The notes beneath the pieces are model-generated. The model made no database searches and was not told the DNA's origin. It saw only the letters and a program-made list of their open reading frames with translations. The position numbers and the translations under genes are program-made. 64,000 nt of DNA from Vitrella brassicaformis CCMP3155 (Eukaryota; Protista; Chromerida), in the NCBI GenBank assembly GCA_001179505.1, contig CDMY01000520.1, positions 1-64,000 of the forward strand. The letters run 5' to 3'. This document shows, one piece after another, positions 12,332-26,258 of the stretch. Within the stretch, counting starts at the first letter, position 1. Each line of letters starts with the position of its first letter.

Positions 12332-15300
12332 CGAAGGGCACCCACGCTCTGGCTGCGACGAGGGACGGGCGTGCGCGATGGGACGCTCAGTCGCTGCTGT
12401 AGCGACACGGTGGACGACCGCTGGAGATGATACAGATAGGAGGGGCTGGCCTCCGACATCGCGAGGGTGGGTGTGAATTGGCCGTCTCCTGCGAAACGGC
12501 GGTCCTCAAGCGGGTGCTCGGGGTCTCGCACCATCATCCTCTGCGGCAGCTCCGGTTCCGGCTCCATGGGCATGCCCTTGTATGGGTCATCCGAGTCGTC
12601 GGACGCCAGCGACAGGTCGTCCTCGTCTGCCTGCGACTGTGTGGGGGACTCCTCCTCGTCCATGGCATCCTCCGCCACCACAGGGTCGACGTTGGACACG
12701 CGGCGACGGAGCTCGTCGAAATTCCACGGTTCCCTGCAGGGAGGCATTTCGCATGTGCATGTGTTTCGTGATCCTTCATCCTTTCGTTCTTACTGGAACA
12801 GGTGGTGTCTGAATCTCTCGCCGGACGCGTCGGGCCGTGTAGCGATGACAGCATAGACGATGAAGGCGAGCAGAGGGGCTATGAGCAGGAGAATGAAAAT
12901 GGCACCCGTCCACGTGCGATACTGCAGACATCAATCAAGCAAAGACAGAACCGATACGCCGCCCCCCGTGCGTCTCCTTTTCTGTTGTGTGTCATGCCTC
13001 GTCAAAGAGCCCTTCGGTGTGGAGCTGGCTGAATGCCGTCCACAGGTAGAGCACCAGCAGGCACGCAGCGCATAAGATAGCGTACTCGTTGTTGCTGCTG
13101 ACGAAGTACGGCCGATACGACAGCAGACACGCCAAATAGAGGCAGGTCACGGCACACGCCTGCAATCCAACCATGCAATCGACGATAGACGGATGTCTGC
13201 TGGCTGGTCTCGCTCTCACTCACCACCAGGAGCTGCCATGGCGCAGGAGTGATGACCACCGCGGCCAAGCTGACAGGCAGGCACACACAGCGACAACATC
13301 CGTGAAGTGATTGGTGTATGTTGGTTGTCGTGACTGCGTATAGGAATCTGAGGATGAGTAGCCCCGCCTCCCACCACCAGAAGCGCGGGCAGTACTTGGC
13401 ATACAGAGGTGATATACGTGACAGCATCGGCGTCTGCAGCACAACATAGCACAAAACCACACACTCAGACAAGAGGCTGCTTTGTTCCCTGGGTGCCATG
13501 TCACCTTAGTAGCAGGCCGTCTGGCGAGGACCTCGGCGAGGTCGTTATAGTTGATGGCTCCCTGCAGCCACTTGCGCACCGCCACATGCACCACCCCCTC
13601 CAGCTCATCCTCATCACCCGGGCCCCCCGCAGGCCACCCGAAGCTGGCCGTCCGACCTTTGCGGAATGCCAGCCCCGGATTGTCCCCCGCTGCACCAGTG
13701 TAGCAGCTGCGCAGCCGGTCGATCACGGCAGCAAGGCAGTTTTTGATCCAGCGCCACAGCTGCTCAGCCCGGTCCTCGACCACCTGGAGGCCCCTGAGCA
13801 CGCCCAGCATGCAGGGGGTGGAAGTGGTGAGCATCTGCTTCGACAGCGTCCTGTTCAGCCGCGGCTTCTCCTTCGGCGGGGGGGACGCCAGCTCTAGGAA
13901 GGTCTGTCGGCGGTTGTGTGCCTCGGACATGGTGGGTGTGAGGCTGTTTGACCCGCCGAGCTGCTGCTGGTGTTGCTCGAGGTGTGGGTGGCTCTCGGCC
14001 AGGTTGACGGAGAAGGTCATGCGTCTGCTCTCGAGCTCGGCAGCCACGGCTGCGGATATGGCCCACTCCTCTACAAGCTGGATGGTGTGGAGTCTGTCGC
14101 GGCGGTTGACGGGCACCTCGATCAGAGGATTTCCCACCGTCTTGCCGTGCTGCTGCTGCGCACCGCTAATGTTGGAGACCACTAACTCGGGCTTGCCCTT
14201 TTGGCGCACACTGAATGGGGCCAGCAGAGTCCGGTGAGACCACAGCTGGCACAGGAGAGAATGGAGGGAGGAGGAAGGACAAAGAGACAACGGCGACGTA
14301 CATCCGTGAGTGAGTGTTTTCTGAGGCTGTTCCCCCACCAGTGAAGAGAAGTAGACTGGGACTCCGATGACGTAAATGAGCATCATGGCGACCGCATAGC
14401 CCCACAGGTAGAAGTACTCCTGTTTGCACACCACAGACAGTCTCCATGAACGCATCAAGGGATCGGGCCCCTGTCCTCGTCTCACCTGCGATTGGCATGA
14501 GAGCGAGTAGTCTGCGAACAGGTAGGAGGCCCCGTCCTCGAAATCGCCGTCGCACCAGAAGAACCGAAGCAGTGACACAGCAACTGCCACAGCGCGTACA
14601 ACCGCCCGGTATGAGTGACTCTGTATATGTTCCCTCCGCGTGGTACGTACCGGCGAAGTAGGCGAAGTTGAAGACCGTGACGGTGATGGGTGTGACCTTG
14701 CTGATCTCCTCCAGCCACACGTGCCCCAGCCCCGTGGTCACTTCACCCATCCGCCCGCTGCGTCTCTCCCATGCGATCGACACCACACGCACCGTAGCCA
14801 TGATAACAAACAGCAGGATGATGGCCAGTGGCGTGAGGGTGATGAACAGCATCCGCGAGATGTAGTTGAAGCCCGCCAGCCCACAGCTCAGTCGGAACAC
14901 CCGCTCCCAGTCAATGTTGAAGATGGCCAGCGACGCAGCCGCCTCGGCGACCGGCAGCGCAGACGCACATTCAACTCGGGGAAGGACGCTGGACAAAACA
15001 CACAGATGGATTGAGCTAAGGGGGTATGCAGGCAGGCAATGAGGTCCCCACTTACCGGCGAGCTGTAGGAATATGATGAGGATTTGTGTCTTGGGTCTCA
15101 TGTAGCGGATGAAGTAGGCCCACATGTTGCCCTGCGTGCCGCCGTCAGCCGCCAGGGCGTCTCTGGCGCCCTGTGGTGAGACGGTCACGCGGCCCCCCTC
15201 GACTGCCTCTCGCGCGCGCGGCCTGTCTATCGTTTGGATGAGCAGGCGGCTGGCCAAGAGCAGCAGCAGCCCCACCGCCACCGCCATCATTATCTGGTCC

Positions 15301-18300
15301 AGAGTGGTCCTCCCTTCGTCACATCGCACACACATACGGGTCTGCACACACGAGCACACAGACACGATGCCCGCCACAGCGCCGTTCCCATAAACGACTT
15401 ACGAGTTTGGCGTATCCTTTCTTGCACACAGCGCATAGACGTCCCTCGTATCCCTCTGCACAGTAGACGTCAGACCACTCCTCCAGCTGCTGCAGGGCCC
15501 TTGTCGACTCGCCCATGATGTTGTGGGTCAAGGTCTTGTTAACACGGGTGGGTGGGGCGCCGCTGCAGCTCGACAGCAGCGGACACAGCCGCAGGGAATT
15601 AGACTTGGGCGTCAGGCGCCAGTAGCCGGGCCTGCATACAGGAAACAGAGCAAGGAATGTATGGCGATACTTCGCCCGTGCTCAGTCTGCCTTTTTCTTC
15701 TCCTCACGCACTTGAGTCCAACAGTGCTGATGTCCAGTGCCACACCATCGCAGTCCATGCCCTCCTGGCACTCCTGACAGTCCTCGAGGGAACTCCCACT
15801 CGACCCATCGCCGTCGTCCGAGTCCTGCATCGTGCGACATCGCTGATCCTCCAACGGAACGGGATCGAAGAAACCTGACCATCACAGCACAACACAACAC
15901 AACACATCACATCACAACACATTTCCTAAGGGTTTTTTTGGGCCTTTTGCTCGCTGGCTGGGACACTGACCGTTTTCGCACAGGCACTGGCATTTCGAGA
16001 TGGCGCCCGTCTGGAGCGTGACTCGACGCGGTGGGCAGCTAGCGCACTGGCTGACGGTTGAGGTGCGCGAGGCGATGGTGGGGTTGTACGTGTTGAGCGG
16101 GCACAGCTCGCACATGCCGGGGAGGACCTCATACAGACCCTTCTCGCAACGACAAGACTCAACTGCATGATATGTGGCACACGCAGAGATAATAAACACC
16201 AGAACACAGACAGGGCAGACATAAGATGAGAGCCAGAGTTCAGCCAGCTGACCGGATCGATGGATTCGCTCCGACTTGAGCGTGACTGTGTGTTCCGGGC
16301 AGGGTCTGCACACCTGCAATGAATGCACCGCACCACACACGCACACGCATCCGAGCAAGCACGACTCTGGCGTTCCGTTCGTACCTCCCTCCCTCCCTCC
16401 CTCCCTCCCTCACCTCAGTGGCGTATGGGTGATCGGTGTCGAGTGACGAGTATGTGTTGTCGCCGCACGGCTGACACTCCGTCCCGGTCCCGAAGTACCC
16501 CGGCTTGCAGCGGCAGAGGGCCGTCTCGTTGAGCGACGGGTCAGACGTCACCTTGTCGCACAGAGTCGTGCACTCGTACGTCGCATCGGGCGACACTGGC
16601 GTGAATCCATCAGGGTTGGCAAACACCACCGACTCCGCCCCTTCCGGCCCGCTCGACTCGCGCTTTTCACTCACACTCCTGCAGCTCAGCAGCCGGCCCT
16701 CCTCGTCATCATCCGACGCGATCATACGGTGCACGGGCCCGCGGAGCGATGGGTTGTCCGACAGGTCGAAGCCCGGCCGGTGTAGCCAGTACGTGGCCGG
16801 CACCAGCTCCGACAGATTATTGCCGCGAAGATTCCACCCGATGAAGTTGGGCAGTTCGGCGGCTTCCGCGAGCACCAAGGGGTCCAGACGCACCGACGTG
16901 ATGGCGTTGAAGGACAGGTCGAGTCGCTGCAGACTGCGAAAGCCGAACGAGACGGCGCTCTCGGCGAGGGTCTCGGCATCCTGCCGCCGCTCGAAGTCCG
17001 AGTAGCCGTCGGTCGGTGTGTTGCTGAACGTGAGAGCCGCTTCCGTTATCGAGCCGTGGAGGCCGCACGAGGACGCGCGGACGACCTGGAGGAAGTCAAG
17101 CGAGTTGAGAGGGGTCAGCAGCTTGGTGACGTCACAGTTGATTGGATTGTTCGACACGTCGAGCTCGGCCATCTCGGGCCACTCTATCAGGACAGAGAAG
17201 GACTCTTCCTGCCGCAGCAGAACGTCGAGGGTGGGGGTGCCCATAGCGTAATCATCCCGCTCCTCAAGAGCGCCATCCGTGTCGTTGTCGGGTGCAGGGG
17301 CCTTTCTGTCCTCTGGCGGCTGCCATTCGGTGAGCTGGTTGTTGGACAGGTAGAGTTCCCGAAGTGATGATGAATTCCACCAGCCCGCAGGGATGCCACC
17401 CGTCAGCTGCGCGAAAGACACGACAGAGACAATCCAGGGAAGGATCGACTTGCACGCAGTGGTCCCATTCCCTCCCCCCACCTTGTTGCCACTGAAGTCG
17501 GCCACCCGCAGCACGCAGCATGGCGGCGACTTGGGCAGCTGGGTGATCTTGTTGTCAGAGAGGTAGAGCTGCTCGAGGTTGGGGAGGGCCTCCCACTCAT
17601 CGGGAATGGCTCCCTCGAAGTTGTTGTTGCGCAGGTCGAGCTGAATGAGGTCTGTGAGGTTGGCAATGCTGGCGGGCAGCTGGCTGGAGAAGTTGTTGCC
17701 GTCGATCAACAGGTCCAGCAGAATGGGCAAGTTGCCGATGGACTCGGGGAGGGGGCCGTAGAATTTGTTATTGGAGAGGTCTAGATAGTCAAACTCGGGC
17801 AACACAGGGATGTCCTCGGGTAATCGACCTTGTGGATACACGGATAGGCGGACAGGTCAATAAGCACACATACAAATGTACAAATCTGTCCATCTCCCCA
17901 CCTGTCATCTGATTGTTCCCAACGGCGATGTCCCACATTCTTGTGAGACGCCAAATTGAGTCCGGTAAGGTCCCTATACACAAAGCAATAGGATGGACCC
18001 TAGCAGCCCCTGAGCGGCTGGCTGCTTGGTTGCGCTTCGTTTGCGCACCTGTGATGTGTCGGTTGCCCGTTATGTCGAGTCGGACGAGGTTGTCGCCGAG
18101 GGTTGTGTTGGTAATGATGTCGGGGAAGTCGCCCGACAGCTGGTTGCTGTACACCCACAGAACCTTCATGGGCACTTCGCGGAGCGTCATCGGGATGGAA
18201 CCTGAAGAACAACACACAACGACAAAGATACTCGCCACACGCGTCGATTGTATGTAAGAAGGAATGTCTCCACGCACCTTCAAGCCTGTTGCCGTCCAGC

Positions 18301-19526
18301 ATGAGCTCATTAAGGACGGAGAGATTTCCCAGTGACGGAGGGATCTGGCCGCCGACTCGATTGCCTCTCAGATCGAGCTTGCGCAACTCCCTCAGATTGC
18401 CCAGGCGGGGGGGCATCTCACCTGCCATCAGCGAGACTTATGTGAGCATGCACACGAGTCTGCTCGTGGGTGTCTTCATCTGTACCTGTGATGTTGGCTC
18501 CCCTTATATCCAGTACCCTCAGCTGCTTCAGATCGTCAATGTGCTCAGGAATGCGACCTACAGGCACGCACAAACATATGTAGGCAGTCGGATGTCCCCA
18601 CTCGTTTTTATCACTGTCTCGACCTTTGGCTGATGCGGGTAGATTCTCGAACCGAATGGCCAGGACGGTCAGGCTCCGATACCGCAGGACACAGTCGCCC
18701 ACTTCGACATCGGGAGGCGTCTTCATCGCACGCACGTCCACTATTATCATACCGACGTTGCCAGGCTCGCCCACTTCACCATCCGGCCTTTCCGCTGCCG
18801 CACACTCCTGTCCGAACAGCGGCGCCAAGGTGCCTGAAAAGTGCCAGTCGACGGTGAAAAGCACTCGCATGTGCCGCAGCTGGGATATCTTCTCGTGCGG
18901 GAAGGGCACCGGGTCCTCGAGCACTTTCACGTCCTCATATTGGTCGGTCCACACGAGGGCATATCCCTCCGTGTGGCTGGCGGTGCTGTTGGAGAGATAG
19001 GGTGAGGTGGGGAAGTCGGCCTGCGAGGCGTTGAAGCAAGCCACGTACGGGAGCTTGCACACGCTGAGGTTGTCGGATGCGATGCGCTCGACGAGCGGCT
19101 GGTCGTCGGGGTGGAGAGTGGAGATCAGACTGAGAAGCACCGGCCGGTCCTCCTCGCATGCCTTGCACTCGAACAGAACTGTCCAGTTATCGCCCGACAC
19201 GGCGTAGTCCCAGGGCAAATAATTGTCGAGTAACCAGTGGGTGCGGACTATGTTGAGCCGCGCCTCTTCAGGTGAAGATGCCTCCGGAACCTCGTCATCG
19301 GCGTCGTCCTGCCTGAGCCGCCGGCTCCTCCCAGCCGCTCTCCGCCTGTGTGTGCGATGGCGATGCCGACGAGACAAGCAGACTGAAAAGACACAAGGGC
19401 AGCAGTCACATGCAAAGCAAAAGAGGTGAAAGATGCGTGTGAAACACTGTCATGCGTCTGCTCATCTGACTCACCCGCAAGATGACAAGCAAACACGACC
19501 AGGATGAAGATGCTTCCCAGTCTCAT
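12028..19526 (-). CDS. Receptor-like protein 1: signal peptide, LRR array, TNFR/GCC2-GCC3-like Cys-rich repeats, about 7 TM helices, S/R-rich tail (many exons)
   Basis: MRLGSIFILVVFACHLA signal. Plant-type LRRs (GEMPPRLGNLRELRKLDLRGNRVGGQIPPSLGNLSVLNELMLDGNRLE; GPLPESIGNLPILLDLLIDGNNFS). Cys repeats (CRCKPGYFGTGTECQPCGDNTYS; CELCPLNTYNP; CAEGYEGRLCAVCKKGY). TM region with motifs KTQILIIFLQL, YLFADYSLSC, GYAVAMMLIYVIGVP, LYAKYCPRFWWWE. Stop at 12028. Confidence 0.85.
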
Positions 19527-19595
19527 CTTTGCTTCATCAAGCTGGTCTCGGCGGTCACTCTTTGACAGCGTTTGCTCCTTCTCCCCTTTTGTCTG

Positions 19596-19620
19596 AGCTC
19601 GCGATCGATTGCGAGCTTTC
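19596..19620. promoter_or_regulatory. Inverted pair AGCTCGC-N8-GCGAGCT(TTC) inside a 119-bp bidirectional promoter
   Basis: Near-perfect palindrome agctcgcgatcgattgcgagct between ATGs at 19526 (-) and 19646 (+). Confidence 0.5.
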
Positions 19621-19645
19621 AAAAGGGAAGGAGGGGAGAGGAGAG

Positions 19646-21710
19646 ATGTCAGGACGGTTGCTGGAGCACATCAAACTCGTAGGCACCGAGAAAAAACGAT
19701 TCTGACAGGCCACTGACTGCTTCACATCTCAATCTCCCTTATCTCCCGATTCAAATTGCTCCCTTTTCTGCAGGCACTTCCTCGGATAGTCACTCATGAA
19801 AACTACAAGTCCATCACACCACGCCAGGTGCGGCGGCTGCTCGAACAGCACTTCGCTATGGCGGAAAACGAACTCGACACCCACAAATACGTAAGCGCAG
19901 ATGGATGCATTGAAAGGCCTGTCCTTCACGGCGTTCTTTCCATTGGTTGGCTGCGCAGGAGATCAATGACATTCTGTTCGACCATGCCACCCAGCTGACG
20001 ACGTCGGCGGGTGCGCAAGGGGCGGCTCCTGCGCGTCCCGCTCGTAGCGAGTCTGCCCGTGCTGCAGCAGCGCCGGTCGAGACCGTAGTGATTGAAGATG
20101 AACCAGCGGCGGGAGGCGCATCTGAGGTCCAATCGTCTTCATTCGGCGATTTGCCGACAGAGGTACGACACGTGGGCACTGATAGGTACGTGAGGAATGG
20201 ACCCTCCTCTGTTGTTTTGGATTTGCAGTTGTTGTTCCTGATAGCGCCCTTCTTGTATCTGCATGAGTTGCTGAGGTTCCTGAGGGTAGACAGAACATGC
20301 GCTGGGCTGGCAGGTCAGGTAGAGCATGTCAGATCGGATCACTTCCTGGTCCGCACCCGTGTGTGCGTTGCAGGCGACGAGGGCATGTGGAAGGAGGTGT
20401 ACGACCTGCTGCCCAAGCCGAAGGAGAGGGGGGCGGACAACAACGCAGCCAAGAAGAAGCCGGACCACGACGCTCACGACAAGAAACCACACGCCAGGAA
20501 GAGAATGAAACACCAGGGTGAGAGAAAGAGAGGAAGCAACAAGATTGCCCACTGACCGACCATGCCCATCCTGTCTTTTCCTTCTTCATTCCATCTCAGC
20601 GTTGCCGGTCGAGCTGCGGCCCCGGCCTGCGGTGAAGGCGAGGCGTGCACACGAAGCGGCGGTAGCAGCATCGCAGGACGGCGTGTCGTGGCGGGACAGG
20701 TGCAGGGAGTACGTCAGGGAGCGGTGCTATGACTGCGGGCGGACGACGGAGAAGCCCATCAACGGCGGCATCAAGCTCATGATGTGTAGACTGTGCAACA
20801 TGAGCTACGAGACGTACGCCAGGGCCGCACAGGGGGGCGATTGAAGGTGTTTTAGTGAGTGAGCGCATGGCTGTTGTGGTCTCTATTTGCGTGTCAGGCA
20901 TCGTCGCGACCGTCAGAAGTTCATATCGCCGACACACGTTGACCTCTACTTCGGCATCAAAAAGCAGACACTAAAAGACAGTAAGCGACACCACACAGCC
21001 GCGCAGTCTGCAGAGCACATTCGGGTGAAATGTATCTGTGTGCTTCTCTGTGTGTGCGTGCACGTGTGTGCGTCAGGGTCGTTGGTGTATGGGTACACGG
21101 ACAATCCCATTAGCCCCTCCTTCATGACCATGAACCTCTGTATGTTAGCCACCAGCTTACCCACCCGCACACTCACCTATCCGTCTGACACACAGGATCC
21201 ATCTCTATCATTCAGATTTCCTGAATGACATCCAGAATCTCGCCAAGAAGCTCAAGCGCGGTGAGACAGACAGACAGACAGACGGACATGTACTCAGGCA
21301 GCCAGCCGTTCAGCCACGATATCAAGGTGTGTTGGTTTGTATGCGCAGAGCACGCCGAGGCCGAGAGGGCGAGGGAGCGGGAGCGTCGCATAGAGGAGAG
21401 GAGGAAGCGGCGGGAGCCCATCGACATCTCCGACCAGGACAAGGACGAGGCAAAGCACCCCAACAACAGCAACAAGGACAAAGGCAAGAAGCGGGTGCTG
21501 CCAAAGTCCTTCGCACAGCCCAAGAGGGCGCGCAAGGCGGCCAAGAAATCCCCACACACCGACGAGCGTGAGGACGAGCAGGAGGCAGCTGAACCAGCAG
21601 GACCATCAGCAGCACCAGCACCAGAAGCCGGGCCCAAAAGGAGGGCGCGTCGTGTGGGTGGCGGGCGTGTGCACGGCGTCAACGACTTGTCGGCTTTGCG
21701 CGCATCCTAG
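19646..21710 (+). CDS. DEK_C-like + F-box-like + XPA/Rad14-like Zn-binding domain protein (about 8 exons)
   Basis: MSGRLLEHIKL|ALPRIVTHENYKSITPRQVRRLLEQHFAMAENELDTHK (DEK_C-like). LIAPFLYLHELLRFLRVDRTC...MWKEVY (F-box-like). CYDCG...MMCRLC...KFISPTHVDLYFGIK...DNPISPSFMTMNL..FLNDIQNLAKK followed by an E/R-rich helix (XPA-like). Confidence 0.6.
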
Positions 21711-24094
21711 AATGTACAGCTGGTGAGTGAGTAGTGCGGGAGGGAGGGAGGAAGACAGGCCAGTTAGGGAGTCCCTCCAGTGTCAGAGGCATTGGCCGTG
21801 TGCTGAGGCTGATGCTCTTGGAATGGAGGGGAGACAGCATAAGGCGGGGTAGCTGGGAGTGCCTGACCCAATGACTCTGTCACTAGTGACGGCAACACCT
21901 TATCGGCTCCGGCACAATCCATGCATCGGTGTACGCCAGCCGGTGTGTGCATCCTGTCTCACTTCTCCCACTGCTCTCTCTGTCTGTGTATGCTGTCTGC
22001 CTCAGGTTTCTCGTCGCCCGGCTGCGTTGCATGTCCGCGGGAGTGAGGGAGGGAGGGGGGGAGAATGGATGTGTCCGCCGGCTAGTTTGTCGATTCGAGG
22101 AGCATCCTTTTCCCGATGCCCAAGTGTATACGTGGGCAACATGGATAGATGCTCGAGTGTGAATGCTGTGTGTATGCGATGTGCGAAGGTGGACGCCGAA
22201 TGTGGACGCAAGAGTGTGCTCGAAAGAGAGTACTGTACAAAAAACACGGCGGACGATGCATCACCACACACCACAAATCAGGTCGGTCCGACACGTCACA
22301 CCACACCACACCACACCACACGACACACGTCCATCCATCCGTCCATCCGCGTCACCACCTGTGTGTAGCGGCTGTCGTCCATGTGTGCGATGGGTGCACT
22401 GCACCCCGCCCACATACACAGCCAGGCTTGTTGGATAAAGGGCACATTCATTATGATGGAACGCATCACAGCAGCCATAAATACGCAGCCACAGCAAGCA
22501 CCGAACACAGAGAGATGCACACACACACACTCACACCACTCAGGAACACACACACATCCATGCAGCACACGAAAATCAACACCGAGAGAAGGCAGACCAT
22601 TGGGCAGGCAGGCAGGAGAGTGATGAAAAAAGCGACGCTTCCACACAGACGGACAGAGAGGCCGACAGGCAGGCAGGTTGTGTGTGTGGAGAGCGCGCAC
22701 GTCAGAGTGTACCATGCCACATGCACACCACCATATCAATCATGCACTCATGCACACACACGTCCTTCAGAAAAAGGCATCCACTCACGCAACGCACGAC
22801 ACACACCAATGGTGTTCCCTCTCTGTCTCTTGCCGTCGGTGGGAAGGGGCCCATGCACTGCACTGACGGCAACAAAACGACTCACTCCGCCCACCGTTAT
22901 CAATCGACAACAAGGCAGGGCTGACTTCGTTCCTTTCTCCTTCTACGCCGAGTGTGATGTGTTCCCCAACCTGCCACCAATGTTGCGAGGCGATGTCAGG
23001 CGCCATGCACCACAGATGGCAATGGGCAGCATGAGAGAAGGCACACCACAGACAGAATGACCAACGTCACACCACGCCCAGCCAGTCGGTCGATCAACCA
23101 ATCAATCAATCGCTCACTTCATTCCCTGACTGCATCCGTTCGTCCCTCCACCCATCCCATTCTCCATCCGTCGATCCCGCCCTCCCGGCCCATAAATATG
23201 GCGCACACACAAAAGCACACGCAGGCAGTCATGATGCACACAGAAAGACAGACAGACAGAGAGATGAAGGCATGCAGGCGAGTGTAGTGCGTGAGAGAGA
23301 GAGCAGCTACGTCGACTGAGTGAGTGAGTGAGTGATGACTGCCCCCCGACAGACCCACCGACCGACCGATTGACCGACCAACCAAACTAGGCCGCCTCAG
23401 CTTTGTGTGCGAACAGGTGGACGCAGACAGACTGACAGACAGACAGACAGACCAACAGCCAGACAAGTACAAGTACGAACGATTGCGCCCCGCCGTGCCA
23501 CGCATTGACGCATGGAAAAACAGGCAGGCACACCACACGCAGGTCATGGATGTATGCAGAGAGAAGCAGACAGTGAGACAGACAGGCAGACAGGGAAGTA
23601 AGAAAGTAAAACGACAAGACACGCGCTCAGGTACGGCTGGTGCACTTGTGCGTGTGTCCGTGCCGACCGTATGCAGCACAGCACAGCACGGCACACGCAG
23701 AACCGCCTGGGTGAGTGCACTGCACACGATGTGTGTGGGGGAGAGGGGGTGGGTGGGGTATGAGGGTATGAAGGGATGGACAAACAGACAGGATGGTACA
23801 CTACGCTACGCTACCTACGCTACGACGGCCTTAGACAACACCGTACAACCGACACAATCTGCCTGCCTGCCTGTACACACCCCTCTCCATCCCTCCCACC
23901 ACCCACTTACGCACTGCTCAGCACACACACGGATACGATGCTGTCTGTCTGCCTGTCTATGGGTCTCTAGACGTTCGTCCGACGAATGAATCTGGCAAAA
24001 ACCGCTTCTACCTACGAGAAGAGCACACACGCCCCCTCCCCTCTCCACGCGCACACCAACCAGACACACGCCAAACAGTGAGTGGGTCAGTGGG
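21711..24094. repeat. Microsatellite-rich convergent spacer
   Basis: (CAC)n, (CAGA)n, (CA)n and (GAGT)n tracts; no supported gene. Confidence 0.55.
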
Positions 24095-25995
24095 TCAGTT
24101 GGGTGCCGACACGGGTCGTGGCTCCTCCTCCCTCCGTCTGAAGACGGGCGTGTCCTCCCACCCCTCTGCGTTGCCGTCCCTGTCGAAGCCCAGCTTGGAG
24201 AGGCGCTCCTTGTGTGGCTCCCATGTGGTGGCGACGGACAGCTCCTTGAGCATCGGCAGCCGCCTGGCCTCCATCCTCGCCAGCAGGTGCTGCAGCGACC
24301 GCTGCCCGCCCCCGGCCGAGTAGTCGAGCAGCCGCAGCTCCACCAGGTTGGGCAGCGTCGGCTCCAGCACACGCAGGAGGTCAATCGAGAAGCTCGACTC
24401 CCTCTCGCGCGCCGTGCTGCTGCTGCTGCCCGTGGTGGTGGCGGTGGTGTGTGTGTCGTCTTGCTGCATGGGGTCGTCTTGGTCGTTGTCTCCCTCGCCA
24501 CCGTCGTGGTCGTCGTCCTCGGCGTCGACGAGGACGATGAGTCGTCGGAGATGTCTGAGGCGCATGAGCCACTCCTTCCATGTCTCGGGGAGGTGGCGCA
24601 TCTTGGGCAGCGGACGCACACCCAGATACATCAGGTTGTCGCACTTGAACCCGCGGCGGAAATCTACCTTCCACCTGCACACACACACACACACACACAC
24701 AGACAGACAGCATGTTGATGGCGGTATGCATGACGCTTCCATGGCGCCCGCCTGCTCACCAGTCGTCGCAGGCGCGCAGGTAGATGAGGTTGTTGAAGTC
24801 AACTCCTGGGAACATTGCTGAGATGCCTGCACCATCAACACAACAGGAGATTCAAATGTCATCAATCCAATCAATCCAGCTAGACTGACTGACTGACTTA
24901 CTCACCGAGGAAGCCCGCCGACAGGTCGATAAACTGCAGGGAGCGGTGGTTGGACGAAAACACCTGAATCAATGAACCAACACACACCCACACACCAGAC
25001 TCTCCATCTCTCTCCGTGTGTGCCCGTGTGTGGTGTGTCCCTACCTCCTCGAGTTCCTCGGCCAGGTATGGCACTGACGAGTTGAGTTCGAGGATGTTGA
25101 GCATCTGGAAGCGACGCAGTAGCACGGGGATGTGGTTCTCGGCCAGCTGGTCGATCCGGCCCTCAGGCGTCAGGATCAACCGACGCACCCAACGCGCTCT
25201 TAACAGACACACACATTCCCAAACACACAGATTCCCAAAGCGTCCATCACTCGCCAGCTGCCGCGCCAATGGCCGTGTGCGTGCCTTACCTCCTGTGCAG
25301 CAGGTTTCTGAGTCGTTCAGTGGGGTATCCCAGGAGCTTGTTGAGCCCGTCCTTGGTGGTGAGTTCGATGGAGAAGCACGAGCCGGGCTGCCGCGATGCC
25401 AGTTGGAAGAACCGGCAGGCCGTCGACGCCGCCAGCATGTTCTCGAACTTGCAGAACGACAGGATGTTGACGACCATCTCGCGAAGCAGACCCGGCGGCT
25501 GCTCCGTGATGCCCAGCACCGCCAGCAGCGCCGCGCCCTCCTTGCCCGTCAGCAGGTCGACGGACGTCGCCTCCTCGCTCGCCGGAAAGCAGCTCGAGGC
25601 CGGCTTGGCCTGTCCGTCGCCCTCCCTCGGACTGATGTCCATTTCGGTCGCCTCGCTTGTCGGGGAAGGGGAGGAGGACGAGATGCTGGTGACACTGGAG
25701 GTCTGTCGTGACGACGTCCCCTTGCGGGAGAGATCCACGATCTCGGAGGGGTCAGCATCTCCGCCGCGGATGAGGGACCTGACGCACACACGACACGCAG
25801 ATATATGAACACACAGATACTCTCACCCCATGCGTGCGCATGGTGCGGCGGTGAGGCGTACCCCAGGCCTTTGAGTAGCAGTCTGCGGAGCTGTGGCTGG
25901 CGCATACACTCCTCCAAGATCTGGTCACCCGAGAGGTCAAGTTCCCGGAAGGCCGACAAGTGGATGGGGTACGTTGACGCGCCCGACCGGTGCAT
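24095..25995 (-). CDS. F-box/LRR-like protein (multi-exon)
   Basis: GCC-ATG at 25995. F-box-like PPGLLREMVVNILSFCKFENMLAASTACRFF. Degenerate LRRs FQMLNILELNS, LQFIDLS, LRHLRRLIV, LPNLVELRL, LPMLKELSV. Stop at 24095. Confidence 0.7.
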
Positions 25996-26189
25996 GGCGT
26001 CGAGGGGGGAGAGGGACGGGAAGGAAGGGGGAATCTCGGGGTATCAGCCGCGGTAGTCACACCCAGGCCAAGAGGCTGCCGCCGGGGGAACGGACACCAC
26101 ACTTCAGTGGTTCGATAGGTGTGTAGCGCAAAACCTCAAGGACGGGGAACGTCCCGAGCGAGGCGACGCGTTTCTGATCGTCTTGAGAG

Positions 26190-26221
26190 AGCGGTTTCAC
26201 GAAATTCCCTCCTTGAGCTTT
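26190..26221. promoter_or_regulatory. AGCGGTTTCACGA followed by GAGCTTT in a bidirectional promoter
   Basis: 13-bp exact match to 3247-3259, with a similarly spaced GAGCTTT downstream. Confidence 0.45.
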
Positions 26222-26258
26222 TGGTTGGAGGCGCGGTCATTCTTCCTTCTCCGCCGCG

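Noticed and set aside
22130-22285. Cys-containing mini-ORF MGNMDRCSSVNAVCMRC... ending at a possible donor
   Set aside because: No downstream in-frame exon or domain found; the surroundings are simple repeats.
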